Made by a program: the position numbers and the translations under genes. A stretch of 63,632 nucleotides of DNA, counting the filler, from Welwitschia mirabilis (Eukaryota), in NCBI GenBank assembly GCA_051453625.1. It is 5 parts of one record of this genome, joined end to end, with 100 filler letters (N's around TTAATTAATTAA, not from the genome) between each part and the next. Parts side by side here need not be neighbours in the genome. Positions count along the whole stretch, not along the records: positions 39,816 to 56,218 come from JBOZIK010000001.1; 4 more parts are not named here. One strand, 5' to 3'. The first letter of the stretch is position 1, and the number at the start of each line of letters is the position of its first letter. Of this stretch, positions 42,048 to 54,000 are shown in pieces. The notes beneath the pieces are model-generated. The model was not told the origin of the DNA. It was given only the letters and a program-made list of their open reading frames with translations, and ran no database searches.

Positions 42048-42667
42048 CACTACAAAAAATACAAGGTTTTAAGGTATTTCTAAAATGCCTTACAAGATCT
42101 TAAAAAATGCCTTAAATGTTTTTAAGACATTCCTTCATAAAACACTTTAAAAAATATCATCTTAAAAGCTAATTAAATTTTAAGGCATTTTAATAATAAT
42201 TTCTTAAAATAGCTTTGAGGCATTTTCCAAAGGCATTTCTTTGAAAAAATGTCGGCCTTTTAAGGTGTTTCTTTGGAAAATGCCTTAAAAGCAGTTTTGA
42301 GGTGTTTATCAAATAAAAGCCTCAAAATGCATTACCTAGAAAAAAATAATAAAATAAATACATCAAATATTATTTTCTAATATGCAATCAATTATTTGTT
42401 TTTTAATTTTTTTATTTAAAATCTTTGTGCAAAGAATGAATGTAACTTTAACTGACATCTATTGATTTTATTAAGTAATATCCCTTTATTTTTAGTTTTT
42501 AATGGTCTTATTTATATCTTCAAGTGTTCAGGCTTATTTTCATAATTAAAAACTTTAAAAATAAAAAAGAATTAAAGATGGTTCTCACAAGCTACTTTAG
42601 TAAGATAACTAAAGCTAAAGCCAAAGCCAATCTACATTATTATAAAATAGATAGGAGTATCATCTAC

Positions 42668-42734
42668 CTAGCAAGAATTTATAACTATTTATAACTATTA
42701 TATCAGCCCCTGCTTCCATGTACTCCATGCGTAC
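42668..42734 (-). pseudogene. HMT: Captured exon of homocysteine S-methyltransferase
   Basis: After removing a 10-bp tandem duplication it reads VRMEYMEAGADIIVINSC* (57 nt), compared with the plant HMT motif VHLEYLEAGADIIITASYQ. GT donor intact; acceptor AG decayed to AA. Confidence 0.8.
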
Positions 42735-45637
42735 TTGAGATAATAATCAATAATCATAGTCATGTTTTAATAATCATAGTTAAATTTTCATATTAAAATT
42801 CATAAAGATAACAAAGTGCCTAATAATAATTCAAGAGAAAATATCATAAAGAGACATTATTATCACTAAGCAAAAAGGTGTCATTGCATTCAAAACCAGT
42901 AGGATATTTAAGAGAAATAACAAATCATCTATTTAATTGATTTAATATTAATAATTATAACTTTGTATCTTTATTACACATAATGGACATGGCCCATGAG
43001 GTTTATGCTCAGGTGCAATGTCTTTGGCTTATAAAACCTAAGACAAATCCATTACTATCCATTTATAAGCACGTTGATGATATGCCTGGGTAGTAAAGAG
43101 TAATAAATTTGAGAGTATTCTCCATTAGCATAGCTATGAAGAGCTCTAACCACTCACTATGACCACAACAATATGACTGTATACTTTAGACTATTTCTTG
43201 CAATGTTGTTGATCATGCCTGTAACCTAGATGCAAGACGTTATTTAGATTCCTTATAATGCTACGTTATAGGTTTTCACTTTCAATAATAAAAGAACATG
43301 GTTGATAGAGACTTGAGGTAAAGCTTATTTTAATAGGAGAGACACTCTTCAAGATAGAGAAAAAGCCATTAAACAATGGTTTAGGTTAGGTCGTTATCCA
43401 TAAAAATTCATGCTATGGTTATCAAAAGTTGTTAGAGCAATGATAGATAGAAAATCCCCATAGAACAAATATAAAAAAGATCTTCAAATAACATGCCTTA
43501 TAGAAGGATACTCATAAGCTCACACGGGGAATAACTAATGCATCTTCTTAAAACTCAAGTAGAGCTTCGACTTTAACCTATTCTCCTAAGAATTTAGTAG
43601 TTGATCAACATTAGATGAATCAAGATGAGTAATAATAAGAGGTTTTAAATAATTTTAGGACATTTCTAATTCTAATTTTAGTAACTAAATTTATTGAATC
43701 ACTTCTAGATAATATAGTTTTATCAATTTTTATTATATTTCTTATATTACCAAACTCAAAATAAACTTTCTTTTTTTAATTTTAATGAGTCTAGTTGACT
43801 ACTCAAGAATGTTCTTACCATCAAATGCCTCATGTCATCTACCATTTCTTAGAATCTGCTATGATGAGGGGGCTTTATAAGAAATCAAAAATCAGGAGTT
43901 GGAAAACCATGTTTTTAAACCTTAGATGTGTAATCCTAGAAGATAATGATAAGGAATACAACATTTCCAAGCCATCTACAAATTAAAAGGAAAAAAAATG
44001 TAATAGTTCATTTGAAATTAGATTCCTAAATGAAGAAACATTACTTAAAAAAGACTAGAGGATAATGAAGAACATACGATTCATGAAAAACAGCAATTAC
44101 GAAAAGGGATATAATTGTTCATTTGAAATCTATAAAAATATGATGGATTATTTGGTGAAATTTAAAAAATTATCATTGTTCCATTTATCTATCCCTCTTT
44201 CTTGTTTAGTGCTATTTTAAGTAGCAACATACTTTTCATAGCTAACATTAAAGTGTTATTACTAATATTCAATGTTAAAGTAGATGCTGCTTAGTAGTAT
44301 TTTTTGAAAGCCAAAAGTAAAAATGCTTAAATAGAAGTAAATTTATCTAAAGAACAACTTAAGAGGTGTTATAAGTATGTGTTTTATGAAGAGATGATAT
44401 AATCTTAAATTTTCATGTTTAATAACTAAGGAATTTCACTAAATTTAAAATGATTATAAAATAATTAGTACATAAATGACAATCAATGTCTCAAAATCTA
44501 GTTTTTCAGGGCATGTAAGAGGTAACACATTCTGAAAAAACATTTTAACTTGCTATTTACAAATAAGGAAATACTAAATATTAGCCATTTTATCCATGTT
44601 TTTATTTTATATCAGCTTACATAGAAGATATATAAGACCCTACCTAAAAGCACTAAGATTTTAAGGTCCATTATCTTATGATAGTTGTTTGCATTTTCTA
44701 TATACTTGTTTAGGAATCTCAGATATTTGTAATTTAATAAGCTACGTCCCATGCTACTAAGAACATTGATTAATGTCTATGCTACTAAGAACACTAATTA
44801 ATGTCTAAGGATAGTTATACAACTCTTCTAGTAAAGAATGATGACATTTTGATTTAAACTCAAAGCTGTTTAATCCAAGTAAAAGAAAAGATGTTCTAAC
44901 ACTCTATTGGTTTGTTATAACATCTATACTTAGGGGTTGTATCATAGTCATGGATCCTCTATAGATCTTAAAAGTTGTACTTGATTCCATACAAGGTAAA
45001 GCAATTTAGTGTCATCTCTCTACATCCTTTCATTTTCATTAAAGACCTATGAATGAAACTAATAAGAACATTAGAATTCAAATTCTTGGATCCCCTTCTT
45101 GTTGCCTTTTTTCTTAATAGGTATTTGTGAAATGGTTAGATTTAATCAGTTACCTACATCATCATGAGCATAAGCAAAAAGTACTATGGTATAATGGAAA
45201 AGTACATTAATGATACTATTTGCAATTTCACATCATTTGCAAGTTATTATCTATTTTTAATTTTTTATATAGCTAAAGTCTATACCTTATAATAAATTTT
45301 TCAAATATAATCAGAATGCCAAGTTTTTGTGCCTAGTTTGGCCTAAAAATGAATGAAGCTATTTGAGAGAAGGGCTTTTCACCATTAACATGGACTCGAT
45401 ATCTTTAACAAAATCCACTATGATATTAGTACATATGTTGTGTATCACTTATTTCCATATAATACACTATTACTTAGTTAAAGTAGTAAATACCATCCTT
45501 ATTTTTTAAGATTTTTCCATTCATTACTATATGTAACTATCTATTCATGTTATATAGCCACTACTATATAATAAGTATATATATATGTTTGAGAGATTAT
45601 TAAAGATTTGTATATATTTATTTATGTAATAGTTATA

Positions 45638-46087
45638 TGTTGTGACACCAACTTAAGTATATTTGATAGGGTATTTATAGATAAACTAATAGATAAATGC
45701 TCACTTCCTATGACAATTAAGAATCCAGAAGCACAAGACAAAAACATGAAGTTTATTAGATAATTCACGAGGATATTCTATAGATATGGATAAATTGTAT
45801 TTTTAGATGATTATTTCTGCAAACAACCAGATATCAAACTGACAGAAGATATATAGAAGACTGTCGTCCCCTATGTCATCCAGATGATAGTCAGGATGAT
45901 AACCTTAATTCGACAGATGATAGACTTAATTCCAAATAGACTTAATTCCAAATAGCTTGCAGTTGAAGTGAAGATCTTATTGTTAGACTCCATTGTCCAC
46001 CTAATCGTCTAGACGATACTTGTGGATGACATCTCCAAAATCAGTCAATAATAGTTTACATGAAGATCACAGATAGTTAAACTAGAA
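45638..46087 (+). repeat. 5' part of a family A-like LTR inserted within the CACTA element (ends at a gap)
   Basis: tgttgtgacaccaacttaagtatatttgatagggtatt resembles 12192 onward; contains (g/a)tcatc.agatgata motifs seen in the A LTRs. Confidence 0.6.
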
Positions 46088-46842
46088 NNNNNNNNNNNNN
46101 NNNNNNNNNNNNNNNNNNNNNNNNNNNNNNNNNNNNNNNNNNNNNNNNNNNNNNNNNNNNNNNNNNNNNNNNNNNNNNNNNNNNNNNGTAGTAAAGCCAT
46201 TGCTAGGTAAGTATTAGAGAAATCCCATAAAAATAGTGTGCTTCTACTTAAGCTAATCAAGCCTCTATTAAAGAGTTTATCAGAGGACCACTATGTGAGA
46301 GATGAAAGGAACACTATCTTTTATTAAAGGATCCCATTGTGTACAAGCCATTCAACATCTTCAGGTTGTACATAACATCATCTTCAAAGAAAATCTAGTA
46401 ATAGAGTATGCAGAGTACTTCCTCATCTTTGAAGTTATTAACCATGTGTGTTTTTTCTAGAAATATTCTTAGTGCAAAAATTATAATAATGGAATAGTAG
46501 TGCCTTTGAAAAATCAACCTGTGCCTATGAAAGTAAAGATACTACTACTTTAATGAAAACTTTGTTAACTCTTTATATTAATGCTACTCCAAAATGTGCT
46601 TTTTTATGATTTTTATGATGAATAATATCATTTTGTGAAAAGTAGTAGTAGAAAGTAAACTTATGAGAAACATAGTATTAACAAGTTTCTTTTTAATTAA
46701 AAAATTATAATAGTAATTCTAGAAAATAGACTTTCAAAGACATTAAAAATAAATCAATGTAGATAAATGTCTGGAGACAAAAGTCAAGGTGAGAATCTTC
46801 TTATAGTTTAACTTTTATGAGATAAGACAAATTGATACTCAC

Positions 46843-47013
46843 TTGTGTGGATCACCATGAAGCATTGGTATCTCAAGGTACCATTCTAATTTGAAAGCTT
46901 TATCATCCTTTACTATAAGTCTCTAGTGCTCTAAACCAGATTCATGTCGATCCTCTTTACTACCACTCATAACATGCAATCTTCCTTTTCAAAGTTGTAT
47001 GACTAGTGCATAT
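46843..47013 (-). pseudogene. Captured exon of a kelch-repeat protein (At3g27220/At1g51540-like)
   Basis: AG|..YALVIQL*KGRLHVMSGSKEDRHESGLEH*RLIVKDDKAFKLEWYLEIPMLHGDPH..|GTGAGT, compared with recalled YAPATQLWRGRLHVMGGSKENRH.PGLEHWSLAVKDGKALE.EWR.EIPIPRGGPHR. Both stops replace Trp codons. Confidence 0.85.
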
Positions 47014-48082
47014 CTATTAAATTAAAACAAAACTAAGAAAATGAAGAATTAACATTAAATGTTACATAAACTAGATGAGATTTATTAGAATAATTAACAT
47101 CTAAAGCTGAATTAGTGAAGTATCCTAATGCAAGAAATAGAAAAGCTTGGAATATAAACTTATCTTCTTCAGTAGGTAAAATGTAATTTATTGGATGACT
47201 GGTCCTGATCATGTAGCTTCATTTCTCTTAGCATGAAATGCATAAAAATGCCTATTGTCCAATATAACTTATAAAATAATCCAAATAGAAACATATTATG
47301 GAGATAATTAAATAGGTACCACACCATGGCTCCAGTTAGTAATAGAAGAGATGATTTGTTCACTTGTAAATTTGGAGGAATCCTCAGTTTTGTTCAATGG
47401 AAACTCAACCCCTATTCTGAAACCATGTTTCCCATAATTAATAAAATGAAATTCATTTCAAGAGAGTAAAATACATGGAGGTAACATGAATATTTTATTT
47501 TAGAAAATTGTTGGATAAATAATTAAAAATATAGTAATCTTATAAAATATAAGAAAAACTAAAAATAATACATATGAATTTAAGTAACTTACATATGGTA
47601 CATGTACATGTTCAAATAGTAAACCAAAGAAATCCTTGTACATGTTCATATACATTTCATTGGTCTTTTTTGGCATGCTTGTTACAAAGCACTTTGCATT
47701 TTCAAACTCATATGGAAAATTATTTCCATGTTTCTGATTCTTAAAAATCTGAATGAATTCTTAGCATGTTTGAATACTAACATTAGAGTTTTGAACTTCT
47801 TACTTAAGTGTCACTTTAATATAAACTTTCTGTTAACTAAAGGTTTTATCCAATCATATACTATAATATGGTAGCACATCTAGTATGTTTGTACTTGAAA
47901 GGAGCTTCATAAGCAACCCATCTAGAAGACATTAAGGTGTAACAGTTACTATAATACTATAATGAGATGGAAATCCATAGTTCTAATTTAAAGCATATGC
48001 TAGACTCACTTTTAGTTTGAGAAAAGCCTTCAAAGAACTAGTACTTACACACTTAAAGGAGAAAGTGGTAAAAAAGATATAC

Positions 48083-48431
48083 CTTGAGGAATCTCTTATC
48101 ATACAATCTGCACCCCAAGTCAACCATTCTCTCACAATACTTGGATAAGCTCCTTTAGTAGTAAGATATAGAGGGATGCTTCCAGGTTTTCTAAAATTAA
48201 TGGAAAAGATGGATCTAAGTGAAATTTATCCTCCATAAAAGTTGCTAAGAGAGATTATAAAGTAAGGAAGACTTTTTAATGTCATACCAATCAGGATGTA
48301 TTGATGCATAGACGAAGGACTCATTTTTAAGGAGAAGGTGAACGGTTTGGAGATGTCTCATTCTTGATGCAAGATGTAAGGAAGTTACTCCATATTCATC
48401 TTTTACATTAACATAAAATAAAAAACCCATT
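48083..48431 (-). pseudogene. XBAT31: Two exons plus a 97-bp intron of an XB3/XBAT31-like ankyrin-repeat RING E3 ligase
   Basis: Exon ~48431-48288: GFLFYVNVKDEYGVTSLHLASRMRHLQTVHLLLKNESFVYAS. GT..AG intron 48287-48191. Exon 48190-48083: KPGSIPLYLTTKGAYPSIVREWLTWGADCMIRDSS|GT. Compare XB3 GFARFVNIRDG.GATPLHLAARQ...PGSTPLHLAARGGSLDCIRELLAWGADRLQRDASG. Confidence 0.8.
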
Positions 48432-49633
48432 CATTCACATAACCAATTAGTTTATGCACTTATAGGCCACTTCTTCTTAAAATTTTTATGATAAATGTCA
48501 AACTCTATATGCTCTGGTTTATAAAAATAGGAAAACAATATTGGCAAAACTACTGAATAGCTTATCATTATTTTCAAAACCCTACATTTTTAAGAGGATA
48601 AATGAAAATACAATATAAAATAGTAGAAAAGGAAAAAACTCTAGCATATGAAAATTACCATGAATGTCGAATAATGCATTTGTATAAGTGATCAACATTA
48701 TAGGTTGAGGATTCAATGCTGCTAAGGCCATTGAGGCCATAGGAGTGGAATGAAAGAGAGGAAAAATTATATTCACCTTATAATTAAACATAATTTAAAA
48801 AAATAATCAATATTAAATTTAGAGACCCTTTACCTAGTATAAGAAAAGTCCAGTGTAGGATGGAAAATTTGTATTCTTAGCTTGTGTAAACAACTTTTAA
48901 TCTATTTTAATAAATAAGCTTCTTGTAGAAATACAAATGCATAAGAAGATCAAAGAAGAGAGGAAGCTAAAGATAGAAAAACTAACTCCTAAAAACATTT
49001 TAAAATAAATGCATTCAGACAAATTTAAGAAACTATGTTTCACTTGAAACATCATCAAAAGATACACTTCCTACGATGCTTTCAGAATTGTAAATTATTC
49101 ATATTGAAAGCTAAAACCAGTTATACTTTTAATACATAAATACTAGACTACAAGTGTTCTTCCATCTTTTAAATACCATGAGTGGAGTGATAATAGCTTG
49201 CCTAGTGATGTGTCAGTAACAAACAAGCAGAGCAGTAATTATGTATGTCACTGGATTCACAACATGAAATAATGTTCTCATGATAGTATGGGTTAGGTTT
49301 ATTGTTGACAACATGCGCATGGCTTTTTTTTTATGATCATAGATTTTACAGTGTTTATCTTATTACATGCCTTAGAAATCTAATACCTTTTATGATGTTT
49401 ATTCTATTAAGTGCCTTAGAAGACCATAAATATTTAAGGCATTGATTTATAAATGCCTTGAAAAACATTTAAGCGTGGGATTTTAAGGTGTTTATTTAGA
49501 AAATTCATTAAAATAATTATATGTTTTTGTTTCTAAGATGTTTATTGAAATAAAGGCTTTTAAGATCTTCTGAGGCATCATTGAAAAAGGTAAAGGATCT
49601 TTTGAGGCATCATCTACTAATTTTCTCTTAGTA

Positions 49634-49993
49634 TCTTTATCTTCATTATCTAGAGGATTGTCTATATTTGTGGCATTCTTCTCTAGTTCATATGTCACCT
49701 TCTATTTTCTAGATCTAGTAGTAACTTCTTTACTTGTTGCTTTTTTAGGATTTGGTTTAGGTTGAGCAAAGATTTTTATCATCTTTTTTCTCTACTATAA
49801 TTTTTCTCTCATGCTCTTGGAATCTCTATTTTTCTAATTTCCATAATAATCATATTACACTTAACATTTTGAAATAACATATTTTTATAATGGTCCTTCT
49901 ATTTATCTTCTCATTTTCTACTTTGATAAGGATATGATTTGTTTCTAGTTTTAGGTTAATTTCCTAAATTTAAATTTAATCTATTAATATCAA
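49634..49993 (-). pseudogene. Minus-strand gypsy gag C-terminal fragment
   Basis: AQPKPNPKKATSKEVTTRSRK resembles the PSQP..NPK...KAITTRSGK motif of gypsy gag. Confidence 0.55.
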
Positions 49994-51020
49994 TGTTGTG
50001 ATGCAAATTTATGCTTCTAATTCAAATATTCTAAAGATCAAGCTTAACTCAAAATATTTTAAAAGCTAATAATCTGATTACATACAATACACATTTATAT
50101 AATGGGATCAACTCAAATGTTGTGTACTTAGAGAATACTTCTAAAAGAGAATTTGGAACATTGATTTAGAGAGAAAAGAATGATATATTTGCTTAATAGA
50201 AAATAAAATTAAAGAATGTAAAGATAAAGATGGAATGCAATGTAATAAATGAAATTTTAATGTAATGGATTAATTAAACTTCCAATCTACTATCATTTAG
50301 ATTGGCCCTTATANNNNNNNNNNNNNNNNNNNNNNNNNNNNNNNNNNNNNNNNNNNNNNNNNNNNNNNNNNNNNNNNNNNNNNNNNNNNNNNNNNNNNNN
50401 NNNNNNNNNNNNNNNNNNNNNNNNNNNNNNNNNNNNNNNNNNNNNNNNNNNNNNNNNNNNNNNNNNNNNNNNNNNNNNNNNNNNNNNNNNNNNNNNNNNN
50501 NNNNNNNNNNNNNNNNNNNNNNNNNNNNNNNNNNNNNNNNNNNNNNNNNNNNNNNNNNNNNNNNNNNNNNNNNNNNNNNNNNNNNNNNNNNNNNNNNNNN
50601 NNNNNNNNNNNNNNNNNNNNNNNNNNNNNNNNNNNNNNNNNNNNNNNNNNNNNNNNNNNNNNNNNNNNNNNNNNNNNNNNNNNNNNNNNNNNNNNNNNNN
50701 NNNNNNNNNNNNNNNNNNNNNNNNNNNNNNNNNNNNNNNNNNNNNNNNNNNNNNNNNNNNNNNNNNNNNNNNNNNNNNNNNNNNNNNNNNNNNNNNNNNN
50801 NNNNNNNNNNNNNNNNNNNNNNNNNNNNNNNNNNNNNNNNNNNNNNNNNNNNNNNNNNNNNNNNNNNNNNNNNNNNNNNNNNNNNNNNNNNNNNNNNNNN
50901 NNNNNNNNNNNNNNNNNNNNNNNNNNNNNNNNATTTGCATAAATCCCTACAACAACCTGTTAATAGGACCTAAAAATGTACTTCACAAGGTATTAAATAG
51001 ATTAAGTTGACATCACAACA
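49994..51020 (-). repeat. 3' LTR of element D (its first part is repeated at 51743-51830)
   Basis: Perfect 10-bp inverted termini tgttgtgatg/catcacaaca. On the minus strand it is preceded by the PPT-like ttaagtgagggacta (51021-51035). Confidence 0.8.
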
Positions 51021-54000
51021 TAGTCCCTCACTTAATATTTGTTAGTTCCTAAAAGAGTAAGCAAATAACAAGTTGTGAGCTAACTATAAAAAAGAAATTC
51101 AAAACTTGTATATCATTTATCATTAAGAGTATAACATGTGAAATACATATATGAAAAAGCATAAGTAAAATTGATGTATATTATGAATCATTAAGTTTAA
51201 CATCATAGAAAAGTTGTATAAGTCATAAAGAAAAGGTAAATTATAGTAATATTTCATGATTGTAAGGTGAANNNNNNNNNNNNNNNNNNNNNNNNNNNNN
51301 NNNNNNNNNNNNNNNNNNNNNNNNNNNNNNNNNNNNNNNNNNNNNNNNNNNNNNNNNNNNNNNNNNNNNNNAAAAGATGATTTTGAATATTTATAGGTTG
51401 GGATAGGTTGCTAAAGGTGTGAAACAAAGAGTTATGAGTTAGATCCACCATTTCATAATAATTTGATTAAGTTTACAAATAATTTTAACCATCTTCTATT
51501 ATGTCATCCTCATGACAAAGAGGATGACACCTCAACTAATTCTTAGTACATGTTAAAAATGCTGACTGTCATCCTAATCGTCGTCTCCATGATACAAAGG
51601 ATGACCATATCCTCTTTTATTTCCATGACATGGAGGATGACTAATATATCTTCATCACATTCCTTTGGTTCATCAGCATTCAAAAATATCTTCTTATTTG
51701 GAAAATTATTACATCTTTTAACCTATATGAAATGTTTATAGAATTTGCATAAATCCCTAGAACAACCTGTTAATAGGACCTAAAAATGTACTTCACAATG
51801 TATTAAATAGGTTAAGTTGGCATCACAACATAGTCCCTTACTTAATATTTGTTAGTTCCTAAAAAAATAAGCAAATAACAAGTTGTGAGCCAACTGTAAA
51901 AAAGAAATTCAAAACTTTTATATCATTTATCATTAAGAGTATAACATGTGAAATACATATATGAAAAATCATAAGTAAAATTGATGTATATTATGAATCA
52001 TTAACATCACAGAAAAGTTGTATANNNNNNNNNNNNNNNNNNNNNNNNNNNNNNNNNNNNNNNNNNNNNNNNNNNNNNAAAGAATAGGTTATAAAAAGAG
52101 AGATTTTTAAAAGAAAGGAGAGCATCAATACTATCATGCGAAAGGATGGTCAAGGCAGAGATAAGAAACTAACTTTGAAAAGACAAACCCTCAAACTAAG
52201 ATAAGACAAAAAGAAAAATAGATAATATAGAACATGGATAAGATTAATATTTTGCCTTAAATTCAAACTTAGTAAAATTTCTTAGTATGGTTATAAAACT
52301 ACTTGCTATAGAAATGCATGATTCAATGTAGAACATCATAGAGTACAATTTGAAAGGGTAGTGATGATGACAATATCTAATGATTATATTTAGAAATTTA
52401 TCAAGTCATGTTTGGATTATGATTTAATCCCTCTTCAGCTATGACAATCATAGTACTTTGATAAGATATCATTCAATATCATATTTTCATGAAGTCTGTG
52501 CCTCAAAGTAATGGAAGTTTTAGTTAATAAGGTGTTAATCAATACTATTAATCATAATGAGGGAAGNNNNNNNNNNNNNNNNNNNNNNNNNNNNNNNNNN
52601 NNNNNNNNNNNNNNNNNNNNNNNNNNNNNNNNNNNNNNNNNNNNNNNNNNNNNNNNNNNNNNNNNNATGATTATATTTAGCAATTTATCAAGTCATGTTT
52701 GGATTATGATTTAATCCCTCTTCAGCTATGACAACCATAGTACTTTGATAAGATATCATTCAATAAGTAATAAGAATATTTTCATGAAGTTTGTGCCTCA
52801 AAGTAATGGAAGTTTTAGTTAATAAGGTGTTAATCAATACTATTAATCATAATGAGGGAAGTGCAACCACTGCCAAGAGAATAAGAACTTATAAGTTAAA
52901 GCTAGATCATGGCTAACTAATCCTCTAGTAGAGTTTCCACAACTACCATATCATACTGCTAAAGGCTACTCTTGGGAAAATTTACCTCGGTATGCTTGTA
53001 GTAGTACATCATAATATAATTGTAAGAGGATGATTTATTTTTCTTTTTCTTTTCTTTTCTTTTCTTTTTTTCATATTTCCCTTTTACTTTTCATTTTTTT
53101 ATTCTTTTTCATTGACTTAGAACTCTCATTTTTGATAGTATTGATTAATCATTAGAATGATAAGGTAGTAAGTATATGGCTAAAAGCAAGCATCTGATTA
53201 ACATAATTGATATTTTTTTATAAAATAACTAAGGAGATCGATTGTAGATATTGGAATATATTAGGATTAGCTGAATCTAATCTTTATCAGATGAAAAAGC
53301 CAAAGTAAAGAATTACTTAATCATTATAACACCTATGAGAGTCAAACATAAATCGAGTTAAAGATGATCAAGTAATCTCATAACTTAAACCAAGAAATAA
53401 AGCTAAGAAAACATTTAGTAGATGGCCAAGATAAGATCTTTCTTTTTGCAAAGAGGATCTTCCAAGTTAATTTTTTCTATCATGTTCAAGGTATAAAAAA
53501 AATCATCTAGAGATGTATAAAGTTTTAGCCTTTGTCCATTTAATCTTTGGATTTCTTGAGTTTGAAGATCAGAGATCTTAATAGAGCCATTAGAATATAC
53601 CTTTTTCATATAATAAGGACCAAGCCATTTGGAGGTTAGCTTGTTATGTATAGGATGTGCTCAAGTATTATGAAAAGGAACAAATTAACCTGTGTCTATT
53701 AGTTTAGTAATTTTATACTTAATTACTAGCTTAATGATAGAATTAAGTAAGGATTTTTATTGGGAAGGGTGAAGTTGAGAACGAATGATCAATGGCTTAT
53801 TATGAGTGTTATTTAAGAAAATGTATTTCAAGCCATTGGATAAGTCTTTATGTTGAAGATTATTTTCATCCTTCATGGNNNNNNNNNNNNNNNNNNNNNN
53901 NNNNNNNNNNNNNNNNNNNNNNNNNNNNNNNNNNNNNNNNNNNNNNNNNNNNNNNNNNNNNNNNNNNNNNNNNNNNNNNNNNNNNNNNNNNNNNNNNNNN

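Larger units (their letters stand above)
42048..49633. mobile_element. Non-autonomous CACTA (En/Spm-type) element carrying host gene fragments
   Basis: Begins CACTACAAAAAAT exactly where the pol remnant stops. More than 10 AAATGCCTTA/TAAGGCATTT subterminal repeats in both orientations at 42067-42335; the same repeats cluster at 49367-49612. Candidate decayed right end ...TAGTA with tct on both flanks. No transposase motif recognised. Right boundary is tentative. Confidence 0.7.

Noticed and set aside
46188-46450. GC-richer stretch as another captured exon
   Set aside because: The frames I translated gave no recognisable motif or clear splice-site pair.
48245-48430. Functional ankyrin gene
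   Set aside because: Only two exons, degenerate TPLH motifs, a stop at the spliced junction and no other exons seen; treated as a captured fragment.
50933-52024. Tandem double LTR/PPT in element D
   Set aside because: 50933-51230 and 51743-52024 are near-identical and separated by gaps; probably redundant assembly.
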